From: an archaeon
GTDB lineage: Archaea > Nanobdellota > Nanobdellia > CSSed11-243R1
Assembly (NCBI GenBank): GCA_024277205.1
Contig: JAJRVP010000013.1
Location: 72,735 to 136,734, forward strand
Direction: 5' to 3'
DNA: 64,000 nt
In this document: positions 27,073 to 37,094 of the stretch, one piece after another
Layout of the letters: every line of letters begins with the position of its first letter
How positions within the stretch are numbered: the stretch's first letter is position 1
The notes under the pieces: generated by a model
The model's database searches: none
The model's input: the letters and a program-made list of their open reading frames with translations, nothing else
What the model was told of the DNA's origin: nothing
Position numbers and translations under genes: made by a program

Positions 27073-28416
27073 ATGCTAAATAAATTATCAGAAGCATTAA
27101 AATCTGGAATGAAAAAATTTATTTCTTCTATTTTCATAGATGAGAAAACCCTTAATCAATTAGTTAATGACATTCAAAGAGCCCTTCTTCAGTCTGATGT
27201 TGCTGTTGATTTGGTTTTTCAAATAAGTGAAAACATTAAAAAAAGAGCAAAAGAAGAAATCGGAAAAGGCGAGGTTGCAAAAGAATATATTGTTAAAATT
27301 GTTTATGAGGAACTTGTTAAAATCCTTGGCGAGCAAGGACATAAGATAGAAATAACAGAAAAGCCATTTAAAATCCTTTTAATTGGGTTGTTTGGAAATG
27401 GTAAAACAACTTCTGCTGCTAAGATTGCAAAATTCTTTAAAAAAAGAGGAAACAAAGTTTGTCTTTTAGCACTTGATATTTTTAGACCTGCTGCATATGA
27501 ACAACTAACACAACTTGGAAAGCAGATAAATGTACCTGTTTTTGGAGAACCAAAAGAAAAAGATGCTGTTAACATAATTAAAAAATTTGAAAATGAAATT
27601 AAAAAGTATGATATTGTTATTGCAGATTCTTCTGGAAGGGATGCTTTAAAGCAAGATATGATTGATGAGATTACTGCTGTTAGAGACGCCTTAAAACCAA
27701 ATGAGATTCTTCTTGTGCAAGGTGCAGATATTGGACAAGGTGCAAAGGATCAAGCAACTGCTTTTAAAAAAGCACTAGATATAACAGGTGTTATTTTAAC
27801 AAAGATGGATGGAACTGCAAAAGGTGGAGGTGCAATTACTGCTTGTTCTATTGCAGGGGCACCAATTAAGTTTATTGGTGTTGGTGAAAAAATAGAGGAT
27901 TTAGAAGAATTTGAGCCAAAAAGGTTTGTTTCAAGACTTCTTGGCATGGGGGATATTGAAACTCTTCTTGAAAAAGCAAAAGAAATTGCTCAAGAAAAGG
28001 CACCAGACAAAGAAATGGAAAAAAGAATAATGTCTGGTAAGTTTAATTTGCTTGATTTTAAAGCACAACTTGAAGCAATGTCTAAAATGGGCCCTTTATC
28101 AAAAATAATTGATATGATTCCTGGTTTTGGAATGGCTGGAATCCCAAGAGATATGTTGGGTGTTCAACAAGATAAATTGAAAAAATTCAAAATAATCATG
28201 GATTCTATGACAAAAGAAGAGCTTGAGAACCCAGACATTATTAAATCAAGTAGAATCGAAAGGATTGCAAAAGGAAGCGGTGTTGAACCAAGCCAAGTTA
28301 GAGAATTACTTAAACAATTTAACCAGATTAAAAAATTAATGAAAGGATTAAAGGGTAGAGATTTGCAAAAACTTGCTAAGAGATTCGGCAAAGGAATGCC
28401 AAAAATGCCTTTTTAG
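27073..28416 (+). CDS. srp54: Signal recognition particle protein SRP54
   Basis: N domain, then G domain (GLFGNGKTT, DIFRPAA, DSSGR, TKMDGTAKGG), then the Met-rich M domain. Confidence 0.85.
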   Translation: MLNKLSEALKSGMKKFISSIFIDEKTLNQLVNDIQRALLQSDVAVDLVFQISENIKKRAKEEIGKGEVAKEYIVKIVYEELVKILGEQGHKIEITEKPFKILLIGLFGNGKTTSAAKIAKFFKKRGNKVCLLALDIFRPAAYEQLTQLGKQINVPVFGEPKEKDAVNIIKKFENEIKKYDIVIADSSGRDALKQDMIDEITAVRDALKPNEILLVQGADIGQGAKDQATAFKKALDITGVILTKMDGTAKGGGAITACSIAGAPIKFIGVGEKIEDLEEFEPKRFVSRLLGMGDIETLLEKAKEIAQEKAPDKEMEKRIMSGKFNLLDFKAQLEAMSKMGPLSKIIDMIPGFGMAGIPRDMLGVQQDKLKKFKIIMDSMTKEELENPDIIKSSRIERIAKGSGVEPSQVRELLKQFNQIKKLMKGLKGRDLQKLAKRFGKGMPKMPF

Positions 28417-28737
28417 AAAAAAACAAATGAATTTCTAACTTATTTTTTGGAAATAAACTTATTTTAAAGAGTTAATGCTTTTTAACTATCCAAAAGTTAC
28501 GAATTTAATAGGGTTACTATCGTAAGGTTTATATACCTTTTTTTCAGTTGTGTTGATTATAATGGAAAGTATAGAGAATTTAATTAATGTGCTTCAAAGA
28601 ATGTCCCCAATTATTCTTATTGGTTGGGGATTGCTATTACTAGCTATGAAAAACTATCAAAAAAACCATCAAAGCACATTAGTTAGCAAATTTGTAAAGG
28701 TAATATAAAGGGGCTAGGTTGAGAGAGGAGAAGAATA

Positions 28738-29103
28738 ATGCCTCTGAAACCATACCATAATGCTCAAGAAGCACATGAGATTGCAAATAGATTCAATCCG
28801 TGCGCAGATGAATATATTTCTGCAACTTCTGCTTATTCTGCAGCCATTTTGTACTTTAAGAAATATGGTGGTGAAATAGCAGTCAATATCTTTGAGAACA
28901 TAATAAGAAAAAAATATCATGGGCCAATTTCTGAAGAACATCTGCCACAAATAGCAAAAGAAATGTATGAATTAGCAATATTTATTGAGCCGTCTATTAA
29001 AAAACAATGGGTTTCTCACCTAACTCAGATTAAAAATGCAAGAATGGGTAGTGGAAATCCCCTAAAAGGTTATATTCATAGTTTTGACCCATCATATGCA
29101 TAG
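28738..29103 (+). CDS. Hypothetical protein
   Basis: ORF with a GAGAGGAG RBS. Confidence 0.35.
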   Translation: MPLKPYHNAQEAHEIANRFNPCADEYISATSAYSAAILYFKKYGGEIAVNIFENIIRKKYHGPISEEHLPQIAKEMYELAIFIEPSIKKQWVSHLTQIKNARMGSGNPLKGYIHSFDPSYA

Positions 29104-29183
29104 TTTAGCAAAGTTTATAAAATGCCGAATTCTCTTTGAATTTAGCGTTTTTACGCAAATTTATAAAAAGGGGGTAAGCAAAA

Positions 29184-29360
29184 ATGGCTGAAATTTTAGT
29201 CGTTGGTTCAAAAGTAAGAAAATTAATTAAAAAAGCCAAAATGAACATGGCAGGAGACTTTATAAAAGGATTAAGCAAAGAAGTAGAGGGATTAGTTAAA
29301 AAAGCAGCAACAAGAGCAAAAGCAAACAAAAGAAAAACAGTTAGGGCTGCTGACCTCTAA
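29184..29360 (+). CDS. Mini histone-fold-like protein (58 aa), paralog 1
   Basis: MAEILVVGSKVRKLIKKAK...LVKKAATRAKANKRKTVRAADL aligns with archaeal histone alpha1-L1-alpha2-L2 (..AGRKTIKAEDI) but lacks alpha3. Preceded by the aagggggtaagca RBS context. Confidence 0.45.
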   Translation: MAEILVVGSKVRKLIKKAKMNMAGDFIKGLSKEVEGLVKKAATRAKANKRKTVRAADL

Positions 29361-29396
29361 GTCAGCTTTTTCTTTTTTATTTTGAGAGGTGATAAA

Positions 29397-29564
29397 ATGT
29401 TAGTTGTTGGTTCAAAAGTAAAAGAATATGTTAAAAGCAAAGGATTAAACTCTTCTGGAGATTTAACTGATGCTCTTAGTAAAAAAGTAGAAAAATTGCT
29501 TGATGAAGCAGCAGAAAGAACAAAAGCAAATGGAAGAAAAACCATGAGGCCAGAGGACTTATAG
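29397..29564 (+). CDS. Mini histone-fold-like protein (55 aa), paralog 2
   Basis: MLVVGSKVKEYVKSKGLNSSGDLTDALSKKVEKLLDEAAERTKANGRKTMRPEDL. Same architecture as paralog 1. GAGGTGA RBS. Confidence 0.45.
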   Translation: MLVVGSKVKEYVKSKGLNSSGDLTDALSKKVEKLLDEAAERTKANGRKTMRPEDL

Positions 29565-29566
29565 TC

Positions 29567-29983
29567 CTACCTTTTCTTTTTTAATCTATGCCCTATTTCT
29601 TTAACAAAGTATTTTAGTGGGAATGGAGATTCTGACTCTTTTTTAAGATAATTAGAATATGTTTCATTATTTATCTCAAAAGAGACTGCTTTTGATAGAT
29701 ATGTAACCAAGATTAAATCATTGAGAGCATTAATATTTCCTTGGGATATCTCTTGTAGCATAAGGACCTCCAACCCTGAAACTATCAAAGAAGATAAAAT
29801 GGTTAATTGGGAAAATCGAGTATACTCCTTGGTGTTTACATTCTTCATCCGAATGAGGTATTCTGATATAGAATTAGCAATACCTAAAAAAGGAACAATG
29901 TTAATCAAATGCATAGATAGATGTTTAGTATGCGGCATTTTTGTATATTTGATGTCATCCACTTTATACATGTTGTCACACAC
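29567..29983 (-). CDS. Hypothetical protein
   Basis: ORF only. Confidence 0.3.
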   Translation of the reverse strand: MCDNMYKVDDIKYTKMPHTKHLSMHLINIVPFLGIANSISEYLIRMKNVNTKEYTRFSQLTILSSLIVSGLEVLMLQEISQGNINALNDLILVTYLSKAVSFEINNETYSNYLKKESESPFPLKYFVKEIGHRLKKKR

Positions 29984-30000
29984 GAATAATAAAAATAATA

Positions 30001-30582
30001 CTATTTAAACTTTTTTAAACTCAAATATGCAATCAAGAATGCAATTGTTGCAAAAAGAGCACCTAAAAAGAAAATAAACCAAGGTTGTTGATAAAAAGCA
30101 ATTTTCGGAGCTTCATATGCAATAATTGTTCCTGCTGTTTTTGATTCTGCGAGTGGAGCTGTTTCAAAGGATGCACTTCCTCCTGAAATCCCACCAAATA
30201 AGCTCTGACTAATAAAACCAATTGCTGCAGAAATACCAAGAACAATAGGTATTAATAGCTTATTTTTTAGCATATTTAAAATGGATTCTTTTTCTTTTTC
30301 TGGAGCCAATATTATTGTTTTTTTAGCAGGTTCATAATAAAGCACTTTTTTGCCTTTTTCAGAATATCTGTATGCAGTATCTTGGATTAGATTCACACCT
30401 TTAAGCAAGTCTAAATTATACTGAATTGTAGAAATTGGCATTTTTAATTCATTAGCAAGCTCACTTGCACACATTCTTTTTTCAGCTAGTTTATTTAAAA
30501 TTTTAATTGCAGTTTCATTTGAAAGAACTTTTGCTATCTCTTTGCTTTCACTTGTCATTGAAAGAACAACAAATTTATCCAT
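30001..30582 (-). CDS. ArsR-family HTH regulator with C-terminal membrane anchor
   Basis: N-terminal LNKLAEKRMCASELANELKMPISTIQYNLDLLKGVNLIQ is an ArsR-type wHTH. The C-terminus has two TM helices. Confidence 0.55.
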   Translation of the reverse strand: MDKFVVLSMTSESKEIAKVLSNETAIKILNKLAEKRMCASELANELKMPISTIQYNLDLLKGVNLIQDTAYRYSEKGKKVLYYEPAKKTIILAPEKEKESILNMLKNKLLIPIVLGISAAIGFISQSLFGGISGGSASFETAPLAESKTAGTIIAYEAPKIAFYQQPWFIFFLGALFATIAFLIAYLSLKKFK

Positions 30583-31073
30583 ACTCCTTAAAATACACTC
30601 CTTTTTAAATACATTATTAAGACTTCAAAATGAGTTGTAATAAAGTTTAAATACTTCTACGAAGTAGTCACATTAATGGAATTAGTTGATATTTTACTAA
30701 GTGGAATGGGTGCATATCTAGCAATTGAAACAATTAACACTATACGAGTTGCTTCTGTCTATTTTTCAAATATTGTTATCCCAACTTGTTCAAGACATTA
30801 TGGTAAAAACTACTTTCTCTCAAATGGCAAGTCAAATTTAGAAAGTATGAGATTAACACCAATAGCACATGTATTAAGAAATGCAGCAATTGAAGATATT
30901 ACTGTTTCTTTATCAGAATATAATGTCTGATTTGGAGGCAGAAACGAGAGTCGGAGGTAAGCCATGAGAAGACTATTACTCGAGTGCCTCCAAATCAATA
31001 TTTAATAATCCACAAACATTTATAAATTTTACTATATGTAACTAACCTAAAGTAGTAACAATTAAGGTACTAA

Positions 31074-31090
31074 AGCTTTAAATATACCTT
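31074..31090 (+). promoter_or_regulatory. Putative TATA box for the rpl21e-rpoF-DUF655 operon
   Basis: CTTTAAATATACC is centred about 25 nt upstream of the ATG at 31107 (leaderless-type spacing). Confidence 0.3.
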
Positions 31091-31106
31091 TTTCTTTGGA
31101 TTTTCT

Positions 31107-31397
31107 ATGGTAACTAGAACGCATGGCTTTAGAGTAGGCACTCGTAAAAAACTTAGAAAAAGGATAAGAGAAAGGGGCAAAGTTAATATTAAGAGAGCTT
31201 TGCAAGAATTTAAACCAGATGAAACTGTAGTAATTGATGTTGATTCTGCATATCATAAGGGAATGCCACACAAACGCTTTTTTGGAAAGCAAGGAAAAGT
31301 AATAGAGAAACGGGGAGACTCATATATCATCCGAATAAGGGATGGTGGAAAATACAAAAAAATAATTTGTGCTCCAATTCATCTTAAAAAAATATAA
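31107..31397 (+). CDS. rpl21e: 50S ribosomal protein L21e
   Basis: MVTRTHGFRVGTRKKL...GMPHKRFFGKQGKVI matches L21e. Confidence 0.85.
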   Translation: MVTRTHGFRVGTRKKLRKRIRERGKVNIKRALQEFKPDETVVIDVDSAYHKGMPHKRFFGKQGKVIEKRGDSYIIRIRDGGKYKKIICAPIHLKKI

Positions 31398-31411
31398 TGG
31401 GGTGACTCATT

Positions 31412-31750
31412 TTGGTTATTGATTATGAAGAAATAAAAGAAACATTTGTACCTTTGCCAAAAGTTAAAGAAATACTTGAAAATATTAAAGAAAAAAATTA
31501 CGAACAAAAACTTGCGTATGAACATGTTAAGAAATTTTCAAAGATTGATGCAAAAAAAGCAGAAGCTCTAATAAAAGAACTTTCAAATCTTGAAATGAGA
31601 AAATTAAAAGATGATCAAATAGTAAAAATTGTTGATTTGATGCCAAAAGATGTTGAAGATTTAAAAGTTATACTCTCAAAAGCTACTGTTCCATTTAAAG
31701 ACGAAGAACTTACAAAAATAATTGAAATTGTGAAAAAATATGAAAAGTGA
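31412..31750 (+). CDS. rpoF: RNA polymerase subunit Rpo4/F-like
   Basis: Small helical protein in the conserved L21e-RpoF-DUF655 archaeal synteny. Confidence 0.5.
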   Translation: MVIDYEEIKETFVPLPKVKEILENIKEKNYEQKLAYEHVKKFSKIDAKKAEALIKELSNLEMRKLKDDQIVKIVDLMPKDVEDLKVILSKATVPFKDEELTKIIEIVKKYEK

Positions 31751-32304
31751 ATGTTATGGAAAAAAGAACACCAAAAGAAGAATATGGTATAGTATTGGAC
31801 TTTTTGCCACATGGGCACGCTTCCTCTGCACGCAGGGGTGCTGTAGCGCAAGTTCTCGGTGAAAAACATTTAATTCTTTTAGAAGTTGTTCCAAAAAAAG
31901 GACTTTTTTTAAAACCAGGCGAAAGAGTTTATATCGGTCCTGAAAAAAGAGAAAAGGTACATCATGTTGCAGGTAGGGTGCGGTATAAACAATTAACTGA
32001 AACAGCTAAGATAGAATTGCAAAATTTAATAGAAAAAATTGTAGAAGAAAGAGAAAAAGAATTTGTTGATTTCTTTAATAAATGTGGGCCAATTTCAACT
32101 AGATTGCATACTCTTGAAATCCTTCCTGGAATTGGAAAAAAGCACATGTGGGAAATAATCGAAGAAAGAAAAAAACAGCCATTTAAATCATTTGAAGATA
32201 TAAGAGAAAGAATAAAACTTATTCCAGACCCAAAACAAAGCATAATCAAAAGAATTTTTGAAGAATTTCAAGAAAAAGATAAGTATAGGTTGTTTGTTGG
32301 ATAA
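31747..32304 (+). CDS. DUF655 (COG1491) predicted RNA-binding HhH protein
   Basis: GIVLDFLPHGH...GEKHLILLEVVPKKG N-terminal OB-like part. C-terminal LEILPGIGKKHMWEIIEER HhH motif. Confidence 0.6.
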   Translation: MNVMEKRTPKEEYGIVLDFLPHGHASSARRGAVAQVLGEKHLILLEVVPKKGLFLKPGERVYIGPEKREKVHHVAGRVRYKQLTETAKIELQNLIEKIVEEREKEFVDFFNKCGPISTRLHTLEILPGIGKKHMWEIIEERKKQPFKSFEDIRERIKLIPDPKQSIIKRIFEEFQEKDKYRLFVG

Positions 32305-32314
32305 TAATAAAAAA

Positions 32315-33166
32315 TTAAATAGAAAGTAAATCCAATATTGTTTCTGCTTTTGCCTTTCTTCTTTCTATGTCCTGTTTAAGCTCTCTATATGTGTTCTCAT
32401 CTATCTCTTTGTTTATGAATCTCTTGTTTAGCTGTTCTAATTGTTTGTCAAAATCTCTCACTTTTCTTACTAATGCAACTTCTGGTTGTTTACTTTTTGG
32501 TTTTAAAACTTTAACAATCTGTGTTTTTGTAACTTTCTTTTGAGAGGCAACATATTTTCTATTCAAAACATTGTAAAGTTCAGAAATGTCTTCTTCTAGT
32601 TTGTCAAATGCTTCTTTATCTTTTTTATCAGCATCTGCAGCAATCACTATACGAACATCAGATTCCTCGTTTTTTATATCGTATATCCCTGCAAGCTTTA
32701 CCCAAAGTGCTAATGAAACAGTTTCTTTTACTGAATAGACCAATAGAGCTAATATAAACCATATTGGAGTTATTTGTATTATGAGATTTGAATTCCAATT
32801 TGTTGGAAATGATAATGTGTACAAGTAAAACACTAAAAAGCCCAAACCTATGAAAAAGAATAGTTTCCAAAATAATGGGTATTTTGGTCCTTTTTTAATC
32901 TGTTTGTAAGCTTTAATTATACTTTTTATTGGTTTTAATCTTCCACCCCTAAATATCCCTTCTGTATCTGTGTCTTCAAATTTCATTAATTCATTTATAG
33001 AAGTTTTCCAATCAAGGTCTTGTAATAATTCAACTATGAATCCACGTAATTCTTCTGGGTCGCCAACTCTTGTATATAAATCGTGAAATAAATGTTTATT
33101 TTGCATTTCTTTTACTTTGAATTGATCTTCATATTTTTCCACAATTGTTTTTTTGTCGAATACCAT
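32315..33166 (-). CDS. Membrane protein with a cytoplasmic coiled-coil tail
   Basis: Two TM helices in the middle and a charged helical C-terminus. Confidence 0.35.
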   Translation of the reverse strand: MVFDKKTIVEKYEDQFKVKEMQNKHLFHDLYTRVGDPEELRGFIVELLQDLDWKTSINELMKFEDTDTEGIFRGGRLKPIKSIIKAYKQIKKGPKYPLFWKLFFFIGLGFLVFYLYTLSFPTNWNSNLIIQITPIWFILALLVYSVKETVSLALWVKLAGIYDIKNEESDVRIVIAADADKKDKEAFDKLEEDISELYNVLNRKYVASQKKVTKTQIVKVLKPKSKQPEVALVRKVRDFDKQLEQLNKRFINKEIDENTYRELKQDIERRKAKAETILDLLSI

Positions 33167-33207
33167 TTTTTCACCATATAATTAAACAAAATAGCAGCTT
33201 AAAAACA

Positions 33208-33639
33208 TTATGAAAAAAGTTCTTTCAAAATTTTTAAGTATGTTGCATAATTTGAAGGATAGGACTCAATAGAAAAGATGATTTGTATTGAATCTTCTTC
33301 ATCTGTTAATGTGATTTTTCCTTTTTCATATGCAATTTGCTTGTTAAATCTCAGATAAAATTTTCCTTCTTCACTGAGCCTTAATCTTAATTCATTAAGT
33401 ATCTTGTTTTTTTCAAGTTTGGATATTCTGTCTAAAATTTTTTTAACTAAATCCCTAGCTTTTTTTCCTTTTACTTCAGCATATACTATTTTTATTTTTG
33501 TACTATAAGCACCAGATTGGATTTTTTGTTTTATCTCTTTTTTTGGGAAGAAAACTTCAAATGCCCTTTTTACTTTTTCTATGTCTTCACTTTCATGACA
33601 ATATGTTTGTCCATATACTGAACGAATAGGTATTTTCAT
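33208..33639 (-). CDS. Hypothetical protein (possibly a UPF0201-type RNA-binding family)
   Basis: ORF only. Family assignment is tentative. Confidence 0.3.
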   Translation of the reverse strand: MKIPIRSVYGQTYCHESEDIEKVKRAFEVFFPKKEIKQKIQSGAYSTKIKIVYAEVKGKKARDLVKKILDRISKLEKNKILNELRLRLSEEGKFYLRFNKQIAYEKGKITLTDEEDSIQIIFSIESYPSNYATYLKILKELFS

Positions 33640-33712
33640 GTGATTTTAGAGCATCACAGCATTTTAATCTTTTTCCAAAAATTTTATATACTTACTACAT
33701 AGTTACAATGAT

Positions 33713-35188
33713 ATGGGTGCAAAAATAGACCATAATAAAGCTCTTACTTTTGAAGACGTAATAATTATTCCACAATATTCTGATGTTGAACCGGATGAAC
33801 CAAACATATCTTCTTATCTTGCTAAAGGAATAAAAGTAAACCGCCCATTTATTGGTTCTCCTATGGAGGATGTTTCTGGAGAAAAATTTTGTATTGCAAT
33901 GGCCCAGCAAGGAGCATTTTCTTTTTTGCACAGAAACCTTACCCCCTCTGAACAAGCAGTTGCTGTTGAAAAAGTCAAAAAACATGAAGGGTATATTATA
34001 AAAAATCCGATCATTATATCTCCTGAAATGACAATTGGAGACATCATCTCAATGAAACAAAATAGAGAGTTGCCATTTGATTCTTTTCCAGTTGTTGACA
34101 ATGAAGGAAAACTCGAAGGTATAATCACAAGAACAGATTATTATCTTGAGAATCCACATACAAAAGTTAAGGATAGGATGACTACTGATGTAGCAACAAT
34201 AAGCATTGAAGATAGCGCAGACAGAGAAACTGTAAGAGAGATATTAAGAAAGGAAAAGAAGAAAAGATTATTAATTGTTGATGAAAATGGATATTTAAGA
34301 GGGTTAATTACTGGGAAAGATTTTTCTTTAAGAGAATTATACCCTAATGCAACCAGAGACAAAGAAGGAAGATTAATGGTTGGTGCTGCAATTGGTGTTG
34401 GAGAAAAAGAGCTCAAACGTGCAGAATTACTTTACCAAAAAAATGTTGATGCTATTCTTATTGATATTTCACATGGACATTGTAAAAGTGAAATTGAAAC
34501 AATAAAATCATTAAGGAAAATTTATGGCGACGAAATTATAATAGGTGGGGGAAATATTGCTACAGCTAAAGGAGTTGAGGATTTAGTTTCAGCAGGTGTT
34601 GATTTTGTAAGAATAGGAATTGGTGCTGGTTCTATCTGTACAACAAGAGTTGTTCTTGGTGTAGGCATGCCACAAATTACTGCTATTGAAGAATGTTCTG
34701 AAGCAGCTCACGCTCACGGAATTTATGCAATTGCAGATGGTGGGATAAAACAATATGGGGATATTGCAAAAGCAATTGCTGCTGGAGCAGACACTGTTAT
34801 GATGGGCAATCTTTTTGCAGGAGTTGATGAAGCGCCAGGTAGAAAAGTTTTGATTAATGGAAGATTATATAAGGAATATAAAGGCATGGGCTCAAAAAAG
34901 GCAATGTTAAATAGGGCTGGTGGTGGATTAAGTAGATACAAAGAATCTTTAAGTTCAAAATTAATTCCTCAAGGAGTAGAAGGTTTAGCAGATTATAAAG
35001 GTCCATTAGAAAATGTTCTTTTCCAAATGGAAGGTGCATTAAAACGTTCTTTTTCAACTGTTGGTGCAAGAAATATAAATGAATTTTGGGAAAAAACAAT
35101 ATTAAAAGAAATAACTCAAAGTGGTGCTAAAGAAAGCCATCCTTCTGTAATTATGACTGAACAACCGGAAAATTATATGGGTAAGTGA
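33713..35188 (+). CDS. guaB: IMP dehydrogenase with a CBS pair
   Basis: Catalytic loop [14 protein letters not shown] domains at residues about 95-210, and the IADGGI / MMGNLFAG motifs. Confidence 0.85.
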   Translation: MGAKIDHNKALTFEDVIIIPQYSDVEPDEPNISSYLAKGIKVNRPFIGSPMEDVSGEKFCIAMAQQGAFSFLHRNLTPSEQAVAVEKVKKHEGYIIKNPIIISPEMTIGDIISMKQNRELPFDSFPVVDNEGKLEGIITRTDYYLENPHTKVKDRMTTDVATISIEDSADRETVREILRKEKKKRLLIVDENGYLRGLITGKDFSLRELYPNATRDKEGRLMVGAAIGVGEKELKRAELLYQKNVDAILIDISHGHCKSEIETIKSLRKIYGDEIIIGGGNIATAKGVEDLVSAGVDFVRIGIGAGSICTTRVVLGVGMPQITAIEECSEAAHAHGIYAIADGGIKQYGDIAKAIAAGADTVMMGNLFAGVDEAPGRKVLINGRLYKEYKGMGSKKAMLNRAGGGLSRYKESLSSKLIPQGVEGLADYKGPLENVLFQMEGALKRSFSTVGARNINEFWEKTILKEITQSGAKESHPSVIMTEQPENYMGK

Positions 35189-35192
35189 TATA

Positions 35193-36308
35193 ATGGGATT
35201 TCCAGATGAAATAACTATAACTCTTAAAAAAGTTGGTCAACCAAGATATGGAGAAAACCCACAACAAGATGCAGCAGTTTATGAAATTGAAAATGTTTAT
35301 GGTATAAATCTTGAAGATTTGATCCCAATCACCCAAGCAGAAAAATTAAATGGAAAACCAATGTCTTTTAATAATTGGTTAGATGCAGACGGAGTTCTTA
35401 AGATGCTATGGCAGTTCGATGAACCTACTGCGGCAGTATTTAAACATGTCACACCTGCTGGTGTTGCTCAAGGAAATTCCATTCTCGAAGCGTATGAAAA
35501 GGCATGGAACTGCGACCCTCTAAGCGCATTTGGGGGGATTGCTGGAGTCAATAGAAAGGTTACAGAAGAGCTTGCAAACTATGCCTTAGCAGATAAGAAA
35601 TTTCTCGAAGCTATTGTAGCTCCAGATTATGAAGACGAAGCTCTTGAAGTTTTATGTAAAAAGAAGAATCTTAGAGTTTTAGAGATAGATACAAAAATGC
35701 CAAAAAAAGTTGGATACGATATAAGAGCAATTACAGGGGGATTTTTAATTCAAGAATTTGATTTTTCAAAATTAAAACCAGAAGATTTAATCTATCTTGG
35801 GGATAAAGGAATTAAAAAACCAACAAAAGAACAAATTGAAGATATGATTTTTGGGTGGAATGTTGCAAGAAGGACTCGCTCAAACACAGTTTTACTTGTA
35901 AAAGATTTAGCAACAATCGGAATTGGAAGTGGACAGCAAAGTAGAGTTGATGCCGCATTTATAGCAGGATGGAAAGCAAACAAACAATATGATGCATTGC
36001 TTGGCAAAGCAGAAAAAAAGGAAGGACCCACTATAAATAATGCAATTTACAATTTAGCAAACTCTGTAGGCATTACTCCATATGGAAGGTCTCAGGGAAG
36101 TGTTGCAGTTTCTGATGCATTTTATCCATTTCCTGATGCCATAGAAGTTCTTTCAAAATTTGGAGTAGTTGCAAGTTTAAGTCCTGCAGGCTCAATTAGG
36201 GACAAATTATCTTATGACGCAATGAGAAGATTAGGAATAGCAGGAGCGCACACACCTTATGTAGAAAAAGGAGGATACAAAGGAGGAATGCGAGCATTCC
36301 TACACTAA
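35193..36308 (+). CDS. purH: AICAR transformylase domain protein (PurH C-terminal domain only)
   Basis: PRYGENPQQ, FKHVTPAG, GIGSGQQSRVD and SDAFYPFPD match AICARFT signatures. There is no MGS/IMP-cyclohydrolase domain. Confidence 0.75.
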   Translation: MGFPDEITITLKKVGQPRYGENPQQDAAVYEIENVYGINLEDLIPITQAEKLNGKPMSFNNWLDADGVLKMLWQFDEPTAAVFKHVTPAGVAQGNSILEAYEKAWNCDPLSAFGGIAGVNRKVTEELANYALADKKFLEAIVAPDYEDEALEVLCKKKNLRVLEIDTKMPKKVGYDIRAITGGFLIQEFDFSKLKPEDLIYLGDKGIKKPTKEQIEDMIFGWNVARRTRSNTVLLVKDLATIGIGSGQQSRVDAAFIAGWKANKQYDALLGKAEKKEGPTINNAIYNLANSVGITPYGRSQGSVAVSDAFYPFPDAIEVLSKFGVVASLSPAGSIRDKLSYDAMRRLGIAGAHTPYVEKGGYKGGMRAFLH

Positions 36309-37094
36309 ATCTTTAATTTTTTCTTTTATCCTCTTTATTTCTCCTATTTCTAAATAAAATACTTTTTTCTCTGATAATTCTCCAAGAAGTGTTGGTAGAA
36401 TCGACTTTAATTCGTTTTTATCTTTAATTTTTAAAAACTGTCGGGAATCAATAAGAGCATTAATCACCTTTTTATTTTTGTGCATAAATAAAATCTTAAC
36501 AATTTCAAACAATTTATCATCTCTCTTTACATCTTTTGGAAAAAGTTTGACAAGAGAAGAATCCACTTTTGGTGGTGGTCTAAACATACCTTTTGGAATG
36601 TTCTTAATTATCTCGCACTCAGCGTAATAATTAACTAAAACTGACAAACGAGAATAATCTTTTAATCCTGGAAATGCTGTCATTCTTTGTGCAAATTCTC
36701 GTTGGTACATTAGAATTGCAAGTAAATTTTTAACTCCCTTATGCAGTTGTGAATTTAGGAAAAGTAAAATTTTCTCAGTAATTGGAGATGAGATTTCGTA
36801 AGGAAGATTACCAATTATCTTATTCACTTCTTTTGGAAACTCGAAGTCCAAAATATCTCTGTTGATGCATTCAACGTTTGGAAGGTTTTTTCCCTTCAGC
36901 TTCTCAAAAAGCTTTTTGTCAATTTCAACAGCATAGACATTCTTTGCATTTGTTAGATACTTCGTAAGTCGTCCATCGCCAGCACCAATCTCAAGAACAA
37001 CATCTTCACTAGAGATATTAAGATAGCTGGCAATTTCTTTTAGCAAACTTTCACTTTTTATAAAATGTTGTCCGAATTTTACCATTTCATCCAT
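36300..37094 (-). CDS. ksgA: 16S rRNA (adenine1518/1519-N6)-dimethyltransferase
   Basis: FGQHFI, LEIGAGDGRLT and NLPYEISS motifs. Confidence 0.8.
   Translation of the reverse strand: MDEMVKFGQHFIKSESLLKEIASYLNISSEDVVLEIGAGDGRLTKYLTNAKNVYAVEIDKKLFEKLKGKNLPNVECINRDILDFEFPKEVNKIIGNLPYEISSPITEKILLFLNSQLHKGVKNLLAILMYQREFAQRMTAFPGLKDYSRLSVLVNYYAECEIIKNIPKGMFRPPPKVDSSLVKLFPKDVKRDDKLFEIVKILFMHKNKKVINALIDSRQFLKIKDKNELKSILPTLLGELSEKKVFYLEIGEIKRIKEKIKDLV

Noticed and set aside
28417-28737. 320-bp spacer after srp54 as SRP RNA or another ncRNA
   Set aside because: AT-rich with no extended helices. It contains a plausible 48-codon membrane mini-ORF (28561-28707) instead. Not enough evidence for either call.
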